A DNA stretch of 64,000 nt from Phoronis australis (taxonomy: Eukaryota > Animalia > Phoronida), in contig NMRA01000140.1 of NCBI GenBank assembly GCA_002633005.1, positions 807,005 to 871,004 of the forward strand. Reading direction: 5' to 3'. Both the position numbers and the translations under genes were made by a program. Of the stretch, positions 38,154-50,834 are shown one piece after another. Every line of letters begins with the position of its first letter. Positions within the stretch are counted from its first letter, which is position 1. The notes under the pieces are model-generated. The model saw only the letters and a list, made by a program, of their open reading frames with translations, was not told the origin of the DNA and did no database searches.

Positions 38154-40321
38154 ACAACATATTTTTCTCAAATAACATAATCATCGAGAAAAAACCTCTG
38201 ACGAGCTAAATCGCTCTCGGTAAAATTATTTTTAAGCGTATTTAATTGTTCAAGTCCTCGGTCTTTACTTCAAGTAAACGTCTTGCAGACATCAGCGAGA
38301 ATTGGCAATAATATTGCAGATTTTATTGTTTTATATTTCCAGTCAAAGCTCCATTCCATCAAACTACAATAATCCCCAAAATGCGTTTTTAGTCGTGAAA
38401 TGGTATTGTAAATTTAACGCAATTCTTACTCCATATAGGATTTACTTTTTTCTCGTCAACCGAAATTCGTTTCTTATTAAACCCGTTCTTTTCTCATTGG
38501 TCACACTTCTTTTCTCATGAACGGCGTTCTTTTCTTCCGAACGATTATCATTTCGTGCGACTGATTTCGGGTTGACATAATCCACAGTTAGAGGGCGCTT
38601 TATTCACAACCAAAATCTAGATGGAAGCATCATTATGAAATTTATAATGAAAACGTTAAAATACTACAGAGAATCTTTATAACCACCTAAAATGTATTGA
38701 AAATGTGGCATTGGGTTTTTCTGGCGTGCGAGATTTCGCTCCAGAGTATAAAATGTCGGACGAGTAGGTTTAGCACTAACAGCGCAGTTATAAACCAGAA
38801 ACGACAAGTGGTATCTCAAACTTTGCCAATTAAATTTATGTTGAGTGAATACAAGTTCAATGGAATTTTTGCCTTTAATAACATGGATAGGAGCTATCTG
38901 GGAGTAGCATGTCGTCTGCATGGTGTATTTTATATCGTAAGTGCAAAAACAGGCATTTTGACTGTACTGTATGTATGAACACAGTTATGCTGCGGTACGC
39001 AAGAAACAAACTCTTTTCATGGACATGGAATTACAGTAAGTTCAAAGCGATTAATATGAAAAGTACTGAGTTGACGAGAACTGGGTTGTGGTTTATGAGA
39101 AGCGAAGTACAGCTCGCGAGAAAAGCGTTGCGTAAATGAGAAAATGACGCTGGCAGTTAACGAGACAGCCTTTTCGGACCTTGAGTGAGAACGATTGTCT
39201 CCCCTTCACTGAATTCGTTACGTGGTTTTATTGTGCTTGGTAGCAGCCGCCTACCTGAAAATGTGGGTGCATTTTTACGCTTGATGGATCCTTAACTAAG
39301 CTACATTATTTAGGACCTAGGCACACACGGGAAATGCCTTGCGGCCATAGAGCCCCCACATTATTAGGTTTTACTGAGAAAACTCGTTACCACGGTTATG
39401 TAAACTAGTGGGTTGGATCAACCTTAAGTGTTGCTGAAGAAATTGTTTTGTGCCTGTTTTATACACACTTGATCTTAACTTGTGTAGGCGAGCAGATTTT
39501 GTTGAATCTAGGAAAGTGTTGGTTTCTTAGTTGAATCCATCAAAATAATAATTACACTGTCGTTAGGAGGAAATATTTAAAGTGCTATTTCGCTGATGTT
39601 TGTCTGTCAGTGTTCAGTGACTTCTTAACCAGAGGTGTTTTGGGGTTTGAAAATTAACACGCTTATTCGATCTTGAATTATTGCCAAATGAGCCGACAAT
39701 TCGAGGCACAGGCAAAGCGCACATGTGCCATTTGCGAATTCGCAATTTTAGGGCTGGCCAACATAAATAATATCTCAAGTGTTTTCGTGAGTCGCTGACG
39801 CTTTCCATGTTCTTGTTTGTAACGGAAATCAAGTTTTGTCAAAGTAAGAGATATCAAGAGACAGATTTTATGAGGTAAGGGAATTATTTCAGTTTTCGTT
39901 TCTCTAAGCATTTGAATACTGGAGAAATTCAGTTTGCAATAGTGTCCAACTTATCTCGATGATAACCTCGTCTATGCCAGACAAAATAATTGGGACTGTT
40001 ATGGTCCTTAATGTCACATCAATAATTTAAAAGAAACTGTTCCATTTTCACTCAAATAACGAAATTATCAGCAATCTAAATCGCTTTGTCACACAAATTC
40101 CAAGAATTTACGGTTAGGTGTTTGACGGTTAATAACAAATCTAAGTCACGCTTTGTCTTAGACTATATAGTAAAAATTAAGTTTACGTGTTTTCCAAATC
40201 TATCCAAGGTCTTAGCAAAACAGCTGCTTAAATTCTCAAAATCAACGACAATTGAGAAGCTTGAAACTTTCCGATCAAGATTTGCCATCAACGTAAGTCA
40301 TCTCAAATAATTTGCCCATTT

Positions 40322-43277
40322 GACACATAAAAATGCATTTAAAGAAATACCAATGGTAGAAATGAAACATACAGTTGTCTCATCATACATTAATTGCAAT
40401 TTTAAAAGAAAGTCCACAAAGGTTCACTTTATCATTATTCACCAATAAGTATAATAAATAGAAACGATTTATCCTTAGTTTAATCCAATCTTAATTTCGA
40501 CGACTTCGTTTGACAGCTCAAATGATCAGAAGCGTTAGTTGAATTAAGATGTTAATGTTTTAAAACTGGGGACAAGTCGGGTACTGCGTATAAGTTTAAT
40601 CTTTGGCAAAAGATTTTCTCACCTGTCAACACCTGCAGCCACCAGGTCTTATGAATCCCAGTAACTGCAGATGTTATCCACTGAAATGCCAAACAATATT
40701 ATGCAAAAAAATATTTTTGTGGGCCCCCAGAAATATAATAGCTGAGAGTCATGCGCTAGACACGCGTTGGCAAGAGCGGCCGCTATCACAAGTCACGCCT
40801 TCCACTGTTACGGTTATCTCAAACCTTATTTAGTGGCCTCCATTCTAACTCGTATATCAAAAATGTAGTTTTTATCAACTAGTAAAAGAATACATTTTCT
40901 GAAACAAAAAGATCAGGGAATATAAAAATATGATTTGTTTTTATGTACCATTATTATCACGTTAACATCTTTTTAAATCGAAATTTCATTTCTAAGAAAG
41001 GTACATTCATACCAAAATAACCCCTCCATCGATTTTAATGAAACCTTTTTTAAATGAAAACTTCACCAGTTACCGCAAAAAATGCTGTTAGGAATTTTCG
41101 ATTAGTCTTTTCGTTTACACTACGCAACAACTAAGAGAGTTTTTGTGATTGATGAATAAATGTTAAGTTTGGAAAGTTTTAGCGAAATCCACCGGACCAT
41201 TTTCGAGAACTCGCGTTTCCTCTTGGAAAGCAGTTCTATCACTGAGGAAGCCACCCTCATTTTAAATATCACAATAATAAATAAATAAATGAATAAGTTC
41301 AAATTAAGTCGATTTGACGAATCCGAGAAAAAGACAATTTAGTTGAGTGACGTGAAATCTAAAGGTCTTCGGTTAATTATTCGGTGAAAACTTGTTTTCG
41401 GTCAATATAACCTTAACAATGTTCGTTATCAGTCACTCGCAATGTCAACTGAATTTTCAGTGCGTATCTAACTTAATTATCACAAAAACGTTTAATTAGC
41501 CAAATCGATTTCCAATGCATTGAGTCCAATTAGGTCATGGTCATGCATAGCCTCCCTCAGCTAGGATTGAGAAGTGCGTGATACGAATTAAGCACATTAG
41601 CGACACATAGTGGCTGATAACGTCCTCTTGTAGTCAACACGTTATTGTACTCGCTCACATATACACATGTGAGTACATAATGTCGTCATCTCTGTCTGGG
41701 CGTACCCTGCTGCATCTGATAAACCCCTTGCATAATCTTAATAAGATTTAACAGATGTGATCCTATGAAGCTGACGAAAAATGACGATGAATTCAGGGCA
41801 GATCAGACTTCTAGTGTGCTTCTTAGTGACGATTTTCATGTTGTTACGTTTTCCTCTGTTTCTGCGGAGTTGCTAGATGGATATTCACGGAATTTTATAT
41901 GCAGATTTCTATTAAAGGGACGGCGACCTCTTCCTATTTTCAAATAGATTTGACTACTTTTCGTCACTAAGTGGCAATTTCACTGTCTTCGAATCTGTTT
42001 TGGCGCCTGCGTCTCTATTGAACAAACTGCTTGAAGGATCTCGATTTCGAAAAGATTAAGATATCGTTGGCACATAAAAATGAATTTAAAAAAAAACAGC
42101 GGTAGAAATGAAATGTAAATTTATCTCCTCATATAGTAATTGCAATTTAAAATGAAATTCCACAAAGGTTGATATTATCATTAATTTACAAATAAGTTTA
42201 ATAAACGGAAACGATTTATTCTTAGTTTAATTTAATCTTAAGTTCGACAACTTCGATGCACAGCTCAAATTATCAGAAGCATATGTAAAAATTCGTTTGA
42301 TAAATTACGGTGTTAATGTTTTAGAACTGGCCACAAGTCTGGTACTGCGTATAAGTTTAATCTTTGTCAAAAGATTCTCTCACCTGTCAACACCTGCAGC
42401 CAGCAGGTCTTAAGAATCCCAGTGACTTCAGATGTTATCTAATGAAATTCAAAATAAATTAATGTAAAAAATTATTTTTTTGGGCCCACAGAAATATGAT
42501 AACTTATAGTCATGCGCTAGACACGCGTTGGCAAGAGCGGCCGCTATCACAAGTCACGTCTTCCGCTGTTAAGGTTATCTCGGAATTATTGAGCTCCATT
42601 CTAACTCGTAAATAAAATCTAGGCTTTTTCAACTAATAAAAGAATACATTTTCTGAAAGAAAAAGACAGCAAAATATAAAAATTTGTATTATATTATGTA
42701 CCCTTATCATTATTACGTTAACACCTTTAAGAAAGGTACATTCACAGTGAAATAACCCCTCCATCGATTTTAGTGAAACCTTTCTAAATGAAAACCAGTT
42801 AGCTCAAAAATGCTGTTAGGAATTTTCGATTTGTCTTTTTGTTTGGTTTCTATGACAAATCAACGCGCAAGCGTATGGTATTTTTGTAAAAAATAGATTT
42901 CGTATTCGTCTTTGTTACACTACGCAACAACTAATAAAGTTTTTGAGATTGATGAATAAATATTAAGTTTGGAAAGTTTCAGCGAAATCCACCCGACCAT
43001 TTTCGAAAACTCGTGTTCCTAAGTTCAAATTAAGTCGATTTGCCGAAGCCGAGAAAAAGACAATTTAGTTGAGTGACGTGAAAGTCTCAAGGTCTTCGGT
43101 TAATTATTCGGTGAAAACTTACTTTCGGTCAATATAACCTGTACATGCCTTTAACGATGTTCGTTATCTTTCACTCGCAATGTCAACTGAATTTGTATTG
43201 CATAATTAACTTGCTTATTAAAAAACGTTCAATTAGCAAAGTCGATTTCCAATGCATCGACTCCAACTAGGTCATGG
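40322..43277 (+). repeat. Local A-B-A' duplication: A 40322-41540, B 41567-42067, A' 42071-43277
   Basis: A and A' are colinear over ~1.2 kb (both contain agtcatgcgctagacacgcgttggcaagagcggccgctatcacaagtcacg), with indels. B matches 25209-25710. Confidence 0.9.
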
Positions 43278-46200
43278 CTGGAGGAAACATATTAAGTGGG
43301 TCAAGCTGGTGCATTGTGGTCCACTTTGAAGTAGGTTAACAGTTTACTGCGAGACACGCCACGCGTTGAGAGACTGATACGAAAGCCAAGTACGAAATAC
43401 ATAACAGAAATCGAGTCGGTGGTTAAAGCAAGTCGTAAGCATGAGATCAAATGTCAAATTACCTATCAAATTAAGGAATTTGAATGAGGATCCATCTCTT
43501 TTCACAACTGCCTGTGGTCGTGAACATAAAGTTCTCAACGGTCGTATGCATGGAGACACACAACTATCTCAGGATCAAAACTACGTTTTGTCTTCGTGTT
43601 CCCGGCATATTTCCTTTATATGTAGCCGTCGTTGACTCAATATTATGACGACTCGGTAAATGAAAGCACTGAGGACATATACGGAGCTGCTCTTTGCCTG
43701 GCCAGAGATTCGATTTGAGTGACAGCCCCGTAACCTTTGACCTCGGAAAAGTAGTAAACAAATTTTCACGTGGTTGTCAGTGCGGTTTCAAAGTGATTCT
43801 GCTAAATCTTTTTCTCGCTACACGGTATATACTTCGTATTTGAAATTCTCCGAGAATGAAGAAAAGGCATTTTGTTAGACATGTGTGAAATACTGTTCAA
43901 ATGGACAACTTTCTGAATGAGGTTTGTGATATCCTTAAGTAGCCCCTCAGATGTCATCTCTTGCACTTATCGCATGATCAGACCTCGAGCCGAAAACAAC
44001 GTGTAAACATCTGGTTAGAGAGTTCGCCAAGACCTCTTTAGAAAATCAAAACTGGAAAATGATTTGTCGGGTCGACGTTACATACGCAGACGACCTGCGA
44101 GGGGAAATTTGAGTGAATATGAGAAAATGTGATTCAAGTACAGGCAACTGGTTTAGCACATTGACGTGATCTAGTCTTCTGCCAAGAAAATAAAAATTAG
44201 GAAGAGGTCGCTTTCACGGTTACTTGATAACGAACGACTCTTCTAGAAGAGTTATTGAATCACCAACATTCGGGATAGCTTTGGTGCAAAGATGAATACT
44301 AAATATACATGTACAGCTTTGCGCCGATGTGGGCCAAATAAAATGTGGAAAATTTAGCATTAGCTGAAATCAGAAAACGAAAATTCGAACACCTGATCAA
44401 ACCTCCAGAGGTGTTACAAAAATAAGGTGAAAATACAAAACAGGAACCCTTCATCGAGAAAGTTTAAAAAAACGGTTTTAGTATTTCAGATTCACTTTAC
44501 ACTTTGTGTATGTGACGACAAAAAAATCACCAATTTTGCACTTGTTAACTCCTATTCTCATATAGGTCTTTAAATGCGACTTTTTGCATAGTTTCTTATA
44601 TTAGAAACAGGCTGGGTACGTTGCATATTGGGATTAGGACAAAGTCGTCCAAGACAAATGCAATAGGCAGTTTTGTAACAATCATCACGTGGCAGTAGAA
44701 ATAAATCTAAAGGCACACCAAAAGGGACAATAGGATCAAGGTCACGAGGCAGTCATGCGGTCACCTTCTAAAAATTGTCAGATTTATGATGCCATTGCTA
44801 TCAAACAAGGTGGGTGTATACAGAATCATCACCCATGCAGCAGCCACACAAATATGGCTTAGACAGATCCAACCACACATTCTCTAACTAAAATTTGTCA
44901 AATACTATAGAAATTATGGATTTTTGAATCAACGTTTAAGTTTATTTGTCACACTGTTTCGTGGAAATTACAGGATATAAATACTCAACACATATATCCA
45001 CTTCAACAGTTGATTTCCTCATGCAATCTAAAACTTTCGAAGCCATTTTCAGATTTGCAAGTCCGCGAGGATTTGCGTAGAATTGAGAGTTGCATTATTA
45101 CTTCAACCCTTTATTACTAGATATCTTTGAGTAGGACGGTCCCGGATTACACGGTGACACTTGAATATCGCAGTATTTACCCACAACACTGCAATATCAT
45201 CAACCGTTTCTCTAGCCTCGTTTTAGCACCATTGGAGTTTCTCATTTTGTTTGGTGGTGCGGTGGTGCCTTGCCCTTTTGAATTTTTTATCGAATGCATT
45301 AACTGTATTCTACCTTTCACTGCCGACGAAGTTTTAGTGTTAAGCTGCTACCTGCAACTCCAAAACCACATTGAATAAGCTTGAGAAGCATCCGTGGATG
45401 CAATAGTTTAGGACATGATTCATAAAATCTGTCCGAGATTTGTTAAGAGAATCAAGCCATTGTATCTACGTGTTTTTCTACCTCAGACAAAGAAGATTCC
45501 TTTCCAAGACTTCCCTATTGACTCATGGGGTGCATCGCTCGAAAATTCAAATGTCGGATAGCTAATTTTGGGTAAAATCCGTTTTTTGCGACTATTGAGA
45601 GCATTTAAGTTTCAAGATGGCATGCCACAAACGACTGTCAGTGCATAGTGAAACATATCTTTGGACTTAGTGAGGGAGAATTGGTCAGATTACCTATGTG
45701 TATTCCTACTTGTTGCTGTTTTCATAGCTCGAGGAACATATGTCCAAACGTTAACGGAGAACTACTTATGTCTTCTCACGCAGTCACTAAGCGCAAGGAG
45801 TGACGAGGTCACTAGTGCAGTAGAGCTGAGAAATAACACCATTCAAAGTGAGGTGGCAAATCTCGCAGGGAAGCTGAGCGAAAAGCAAGAAAAAGCCGAC
45901 AAACCGTCAACATTGCGTCTGAAATCGATGACGAGGCATTTGAAGCCAGAGCTGATGACGAAGAGGATTAGAGTACAAAAAAATACTTTTGTGGACGTGC
46001 TGAAAATTGTGGTCTTTTAGCGAGGGTGCGGACCTTGGAATGGCTATGGCAACAATGTTTTGAAATCCACTCGCAAGAAGGTTACTTACATGTAATTCCC
46101 ACCTGTCTGATCAGCTAGATCCCAAAGTCACAAGTTGCGTGATTACGTACCTGTCTGCTTAACCTTGGTACTCTTGACTCCACCTGGTTTTCGATGATGA

Positions 46201-49200
46201 CTGCCGACTTACAGACCAATCAGATGTCTTAGTCGCTCGAAGAGACGGAACCGGCAAAATCAGTCAAATGCAGCTATTGCGCTAATATACCAAATTTGTC
46301 TGTGTATTAGAACTGGGAATATATGAGGTTCATAGGAGAAGTTGTATTGGTTTTCTGAAACTCTGCGTTTCTGACACTTAGGCCACAGTAAGGACTTTTT
46401 TGCCAAAAATGAAGGAATGTCGTTCGCAAGGTACACCAGTGCAAAATTGACCGACGATGAAAGCAGATCGTCAAAGGCCTTGTCCTTGTCAAGCTGGTTA
46501 TTTCTAGGATGAGGATGTCGCAGAATGTGTTTGTGTGTTTTAGCCACATTTTGATGTAAGTCGTCTTATTGCCTAAATTTCACTTGTTGATGACTCCTAC
46601 TTTCTCAGAGAAGGTGCTTGGTAAATCTGTTCTAGAACTGCTTGTGCGCATAGTGTATCCCTTGTTTAGCTATTATTTCTCGAGGCCTTTGTATGTCTTT
46701 CTTAGTTCTTTTCGAGAGAGTCTGCTTCGCGATGTACAGTGTGCGTCGTGATCTAAAATCTGCATTAGTCCGCATTCAGATTTATTCGGTTTTACCCAGC
46801 TTGGCTTGTGCTCAACAAGTGTCGCTTCATATATTACAATAGAACTAAACAGATTCAACTCCGTTGTTTCTATCTGTTCCGACAAACCACCCCTATGTAG
46901 CTGAACCGCATTTTCTTCGTGTTACATGGGGAAACACCGGAAAGTAGCCCAGAGTTTTTCGCCGTCAGTGACATGTGAATGACTTGACAGAAAATTGTTG
47001 CTGCACATTGCTTCGATCGACAACTTATGGATATTGTAATGGCTTCGGTCATAGGCATGTCCATGTAGTTTTTAATTTCTCATGTTACCAATTGAAAAAG
47101 CAACTATCCTGGAACTTAATGCCAGTTAAAAACCATGCGGAAACAGTTTTTGTTTAGTTTCGTGTGAAATATCTCTCTTAGAGGGACATTATCGGAGAGA
47201 ACAATGATATTCTGAGGACGACCTTAGCGCGGAATTAAACCTGGAAGCCTTTGGTCGCAATCTAACGCTCTTCTGGCGGAGCTAAAACGATTTTTAAAAG
47301 TTATTGACTGACCTTGACATTGTCTAGGAGAAAATGCAGCAAATGGCGGATTTTGAAGTCTGTGCACATCCAACAATAACCCCATAAGTTCATTTTTTCG
47401 GCTGTGAAACCGATAATGTCCTTTAAGAGAAGCAATAATTTTGAATTAAGTATGTACGCGTTCATTCATTTATTCCACACATTCAGTTATAGTACATTAT
47501 GTAATACACAAAATAATCAGTACAAACAAAACACTACAAATAGTGTATTTTCATTCGCACGACACATGCATACATTCATATTTCTGGCGAGTGAAAACTG
47601 TTGTACGATATCAGACAATAAACACATGCGATATTCCTGATACACAGCATTTTATAAATACAATGTTCGAGTTATACCACATTAATGTTCGAGTTATACC
47701 TTATTGGTTCATATGAACAACAAGTTTTTGTAAATATGTACTTAACGACAGTACGTGCTTCTGGTTACTTAAATATATTTCTAAAACAGAGCTGACGAAA
47801 TACGCTAGCAAAGCGCAATGGACAATTTGTATTGTTTCTTTGGAAAATACCATTTTTACAGAACTTTAAGCTAGGTATTCTCGTCTACGAATATGATACG
47901 TTTAGTCAACCAAGATTTAATAACTGACTTGGTCTTATCCATTTTATATCCTCAATGACATGTCTTGAATAAGAGTAGCCTTCCAATTTTCCGATCGTAC
48001 CCTGCCATATAAACTAAAAGAACAACGTTTCTAATCCTTAATTCTATCACGTAGTGGCAAACGCAACGCAGTGAACAATTGAAAATGTTTTGAAATTGCG
48101 AAATATTTAATAACGATTGTTTTGCCTGGTACAGTAAATAATCTCGAGGACCAACTAAGGAGTTCACTTTCAACTTCCGTTACTTTGCTCTCGACATTAA
48201 GAACCGAAAACTTTAATATACGTACAACAAAATACTTTTTGAACCAGTCGACGCATTCATTTCAGGGCACATCAGAGAACACAACTCCTCTTTGACCCGA
48301 TTCAATCGCATGTAGTATAATTGTCTAACGAAGGATTTAATTCTGAAAACGTGGAATTGGCCAACTTGAAGGAGATCATGTGACTTCTTAAAAGAGTTGT
48401 TGTTGTTGTTATTGTTGTTATTGTTTGTCTAGATATTTATTAACGTGTATTACATGATTTTACGGGTTCTGTTCCACAGCGCCAAGTCATTAATTTCACG
48501 ATTTTGAAGAAATGACAATGGCAATAGAACTTCCCTGGCGTTCATCTCGCCCCTAAAATCAGTTTGACACTGTAATAACAGAGCGCAATTCACCGAACTG
48601 TTTCACTTAAAAGGCCAATCCAATCAATAAGCAGATTTACAATTTTTATCAAATTTTTTAAAAGTTTGATGTAAAGGGATACACAATCAAAGTTTTTTTC
48701 CTAAGCCAATAGTAGGCCTTTTTGTTATGTGTTTCCTTTCATTATTTCAAAAATAAACAATCGTTTTTCTTTCTTAAAGCCCTTTCACACTAACGTCAAC
48801 GCGTCGATACTTTGGGGAGCTGCGGTTAGTATGAACGGTTAACTTGGGTCCTGAATCACCTACAGTTTACTTTGATGACATTAGCTACCGAGGCTGGTAA
48901 GAACGACTATATTGTCTTCGCAGTTTACAACGACGCTCCGCTCATGCCGGTCTGAAGTTAGTATGAATGTTTAAGCAATTCATATCTCCGTAAACGGCTT
49001 TTATACCGAAGTTCCTCATTCACTCACTTGCATTCATGTACGTCTTAAAGGTCCTTTCTTGAACTGTGGTTGACCGCGAAGTTAAGTGTTGCCGTTCCCA
49101 ACAGCTTTGCAGTTATTCAGGCAACTAATTTAGTGGAGTTATCGCAACGTGTGGGCCGAGTATCAGTTGATCTGACCAGAGGCGGCGTGGCGTATGACAG

Positions 49201-49399
49201 ACTCATTCAGTAATTTTTTGAGAATGTGAAGAATCTATCTAATATTTCTACAAGATGATACAGATGATGCTTATACTGTCAAAATAAAAAAATAAGAACG
49301 AAATATCAACAAAAACCAACCAGGCCCCGCCCGCTGTTGGTCAACGCAGGGACCTCTGCCAATAGCTTCGGTGGTAACGAAGTTAAGCGTTACCACTCT

Positions 49400-49645
49400 A
49401 GCGAAGCGTCGATGTTTCGCTGTTAAATCCACACCTCGTTACTCCGGAGTAAACTCGCGCCGTTAACTTCGATCTAAGACCGAAGTATAGTGTTCCCATT
49501 GAACAAAACTTCACTAACATCGAAATCTTTAAGATCGAGGTATGGGGAGCAGCGAACACTGTGCGTGGGTGTTTGCCAGAACAGACAAGATTTGAACCTA
49601 GCTCTCTCAAATCGTAGTCCGGAGCTTTAACTACCTACCGATACT
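49400..49645 (-). mobile_element. tRNA-derived SINE-like element
   Basis: Minus strand reads gtatcggtaggtagttaaagctccggactacgatttgagagagctaggttcaaatct, with A-box/B-box-like spacing. The downstream extent is approximate. Confidence 0.4.
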
Positions 49646-50779
49646 GTCATTCGTTAAAAATATAAATGGTTCAGCTACAGTTTAATAATACCTGGAGTAC
49701 AAGTTCTTTAGAGCTTCTAAAGACAAAAAATGTCCGTTACACATAAAATGCGCATACCAAATGCAGTGTGTTAATGCAACCAGGTAATAATGACTAACAT
49801 CGTCATGAGAGCATTAATAGGAGCTCACCTCGTGCCTCGCAAACAAAGGAACATTGAGTGCTCGTCATTTCCAACATCCCATTAGCCTTTTGGGCCTATA
49901 ATTACCATAAAAATCTGGTGATTTTTAACATGAATCGATCGACAAGGAACAAGGTGATAATCAAAAATTTCATAGCCACCTGAGGCACAGTCTTAGTGAA
50001 ATTCAATCACAAAATTAGCAGCTGCCGTTTTTTTCATTAAAAGTAGGTCTGCTAAATGTCACAAAAATATAGGCCTAAGAAAAAAGCATAGCATGGGTGT
50101 CGGCAGCCGCGTCGGTGCACTATTGAAGCTGGTTTGAAATGAATGAAAAAAATAATTTCTTTCATCAAATTTGCTCCTTTCAGGTGGATTATTTGGTAAA
50201 ATAAAAATCTATGAAATGCCACACCACGGCATCTCTTTGAAAACAAAGGCCTGGACCAACCATGCTTTTTGGCCTTACTCATTGAAAGTGGTTTTACAGA
50301 AAAATGAATATCAAGAAATATAATTGCCACTACATAGAGCGGCATGAACAAAATAGCGATATTTTTACAGCTTGGGTAGCATATGCCTGAATAATGAGGT
50401 GCACGTGAGCAAATGTTCACATTATTTAAGTTCAAAATTAAGAAAAAAAATAAAACAATTCAAGAATAGATAATGAGCACACAAAGCACAACCAGTTTCA
50501 GACATGTACCTGTACTTGGGACACACCTGCAGCAATAACTGAAGTTTAGGCGTATGCACCTACACGCGAAACAGCTGAGCAAAAGTTTCAAAATCACGTT
50601 ATTTCGAATGCAAGTGCATATAGATTTAAAAGGATGCAATGGCTGGACGTACAACCACGCTTACCTTTGGTTGATTTTAAGTGTGGATTCGAAATTATTT
50701 TTGAAAAGTTTACAGGTTGAATGTTACCAGTCTTTGATTGATTATCGATTAAATTCCTGTCAAAAAATTACCTCGTCAT

Positions 50780-50834
50780 TGGGCCAGAGTATTGTGTTAT
50801 TGTACACTGTACAATAACACAATACTCTGGCCCA
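50780..50834. repeat. Perfect 27-bp inverted repeat with 1-nt spacer
   Basis: tgggccagagtattgtgttattgtaca-c-tgtacaataacacaatactctggccca. Confidence 0.95.
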
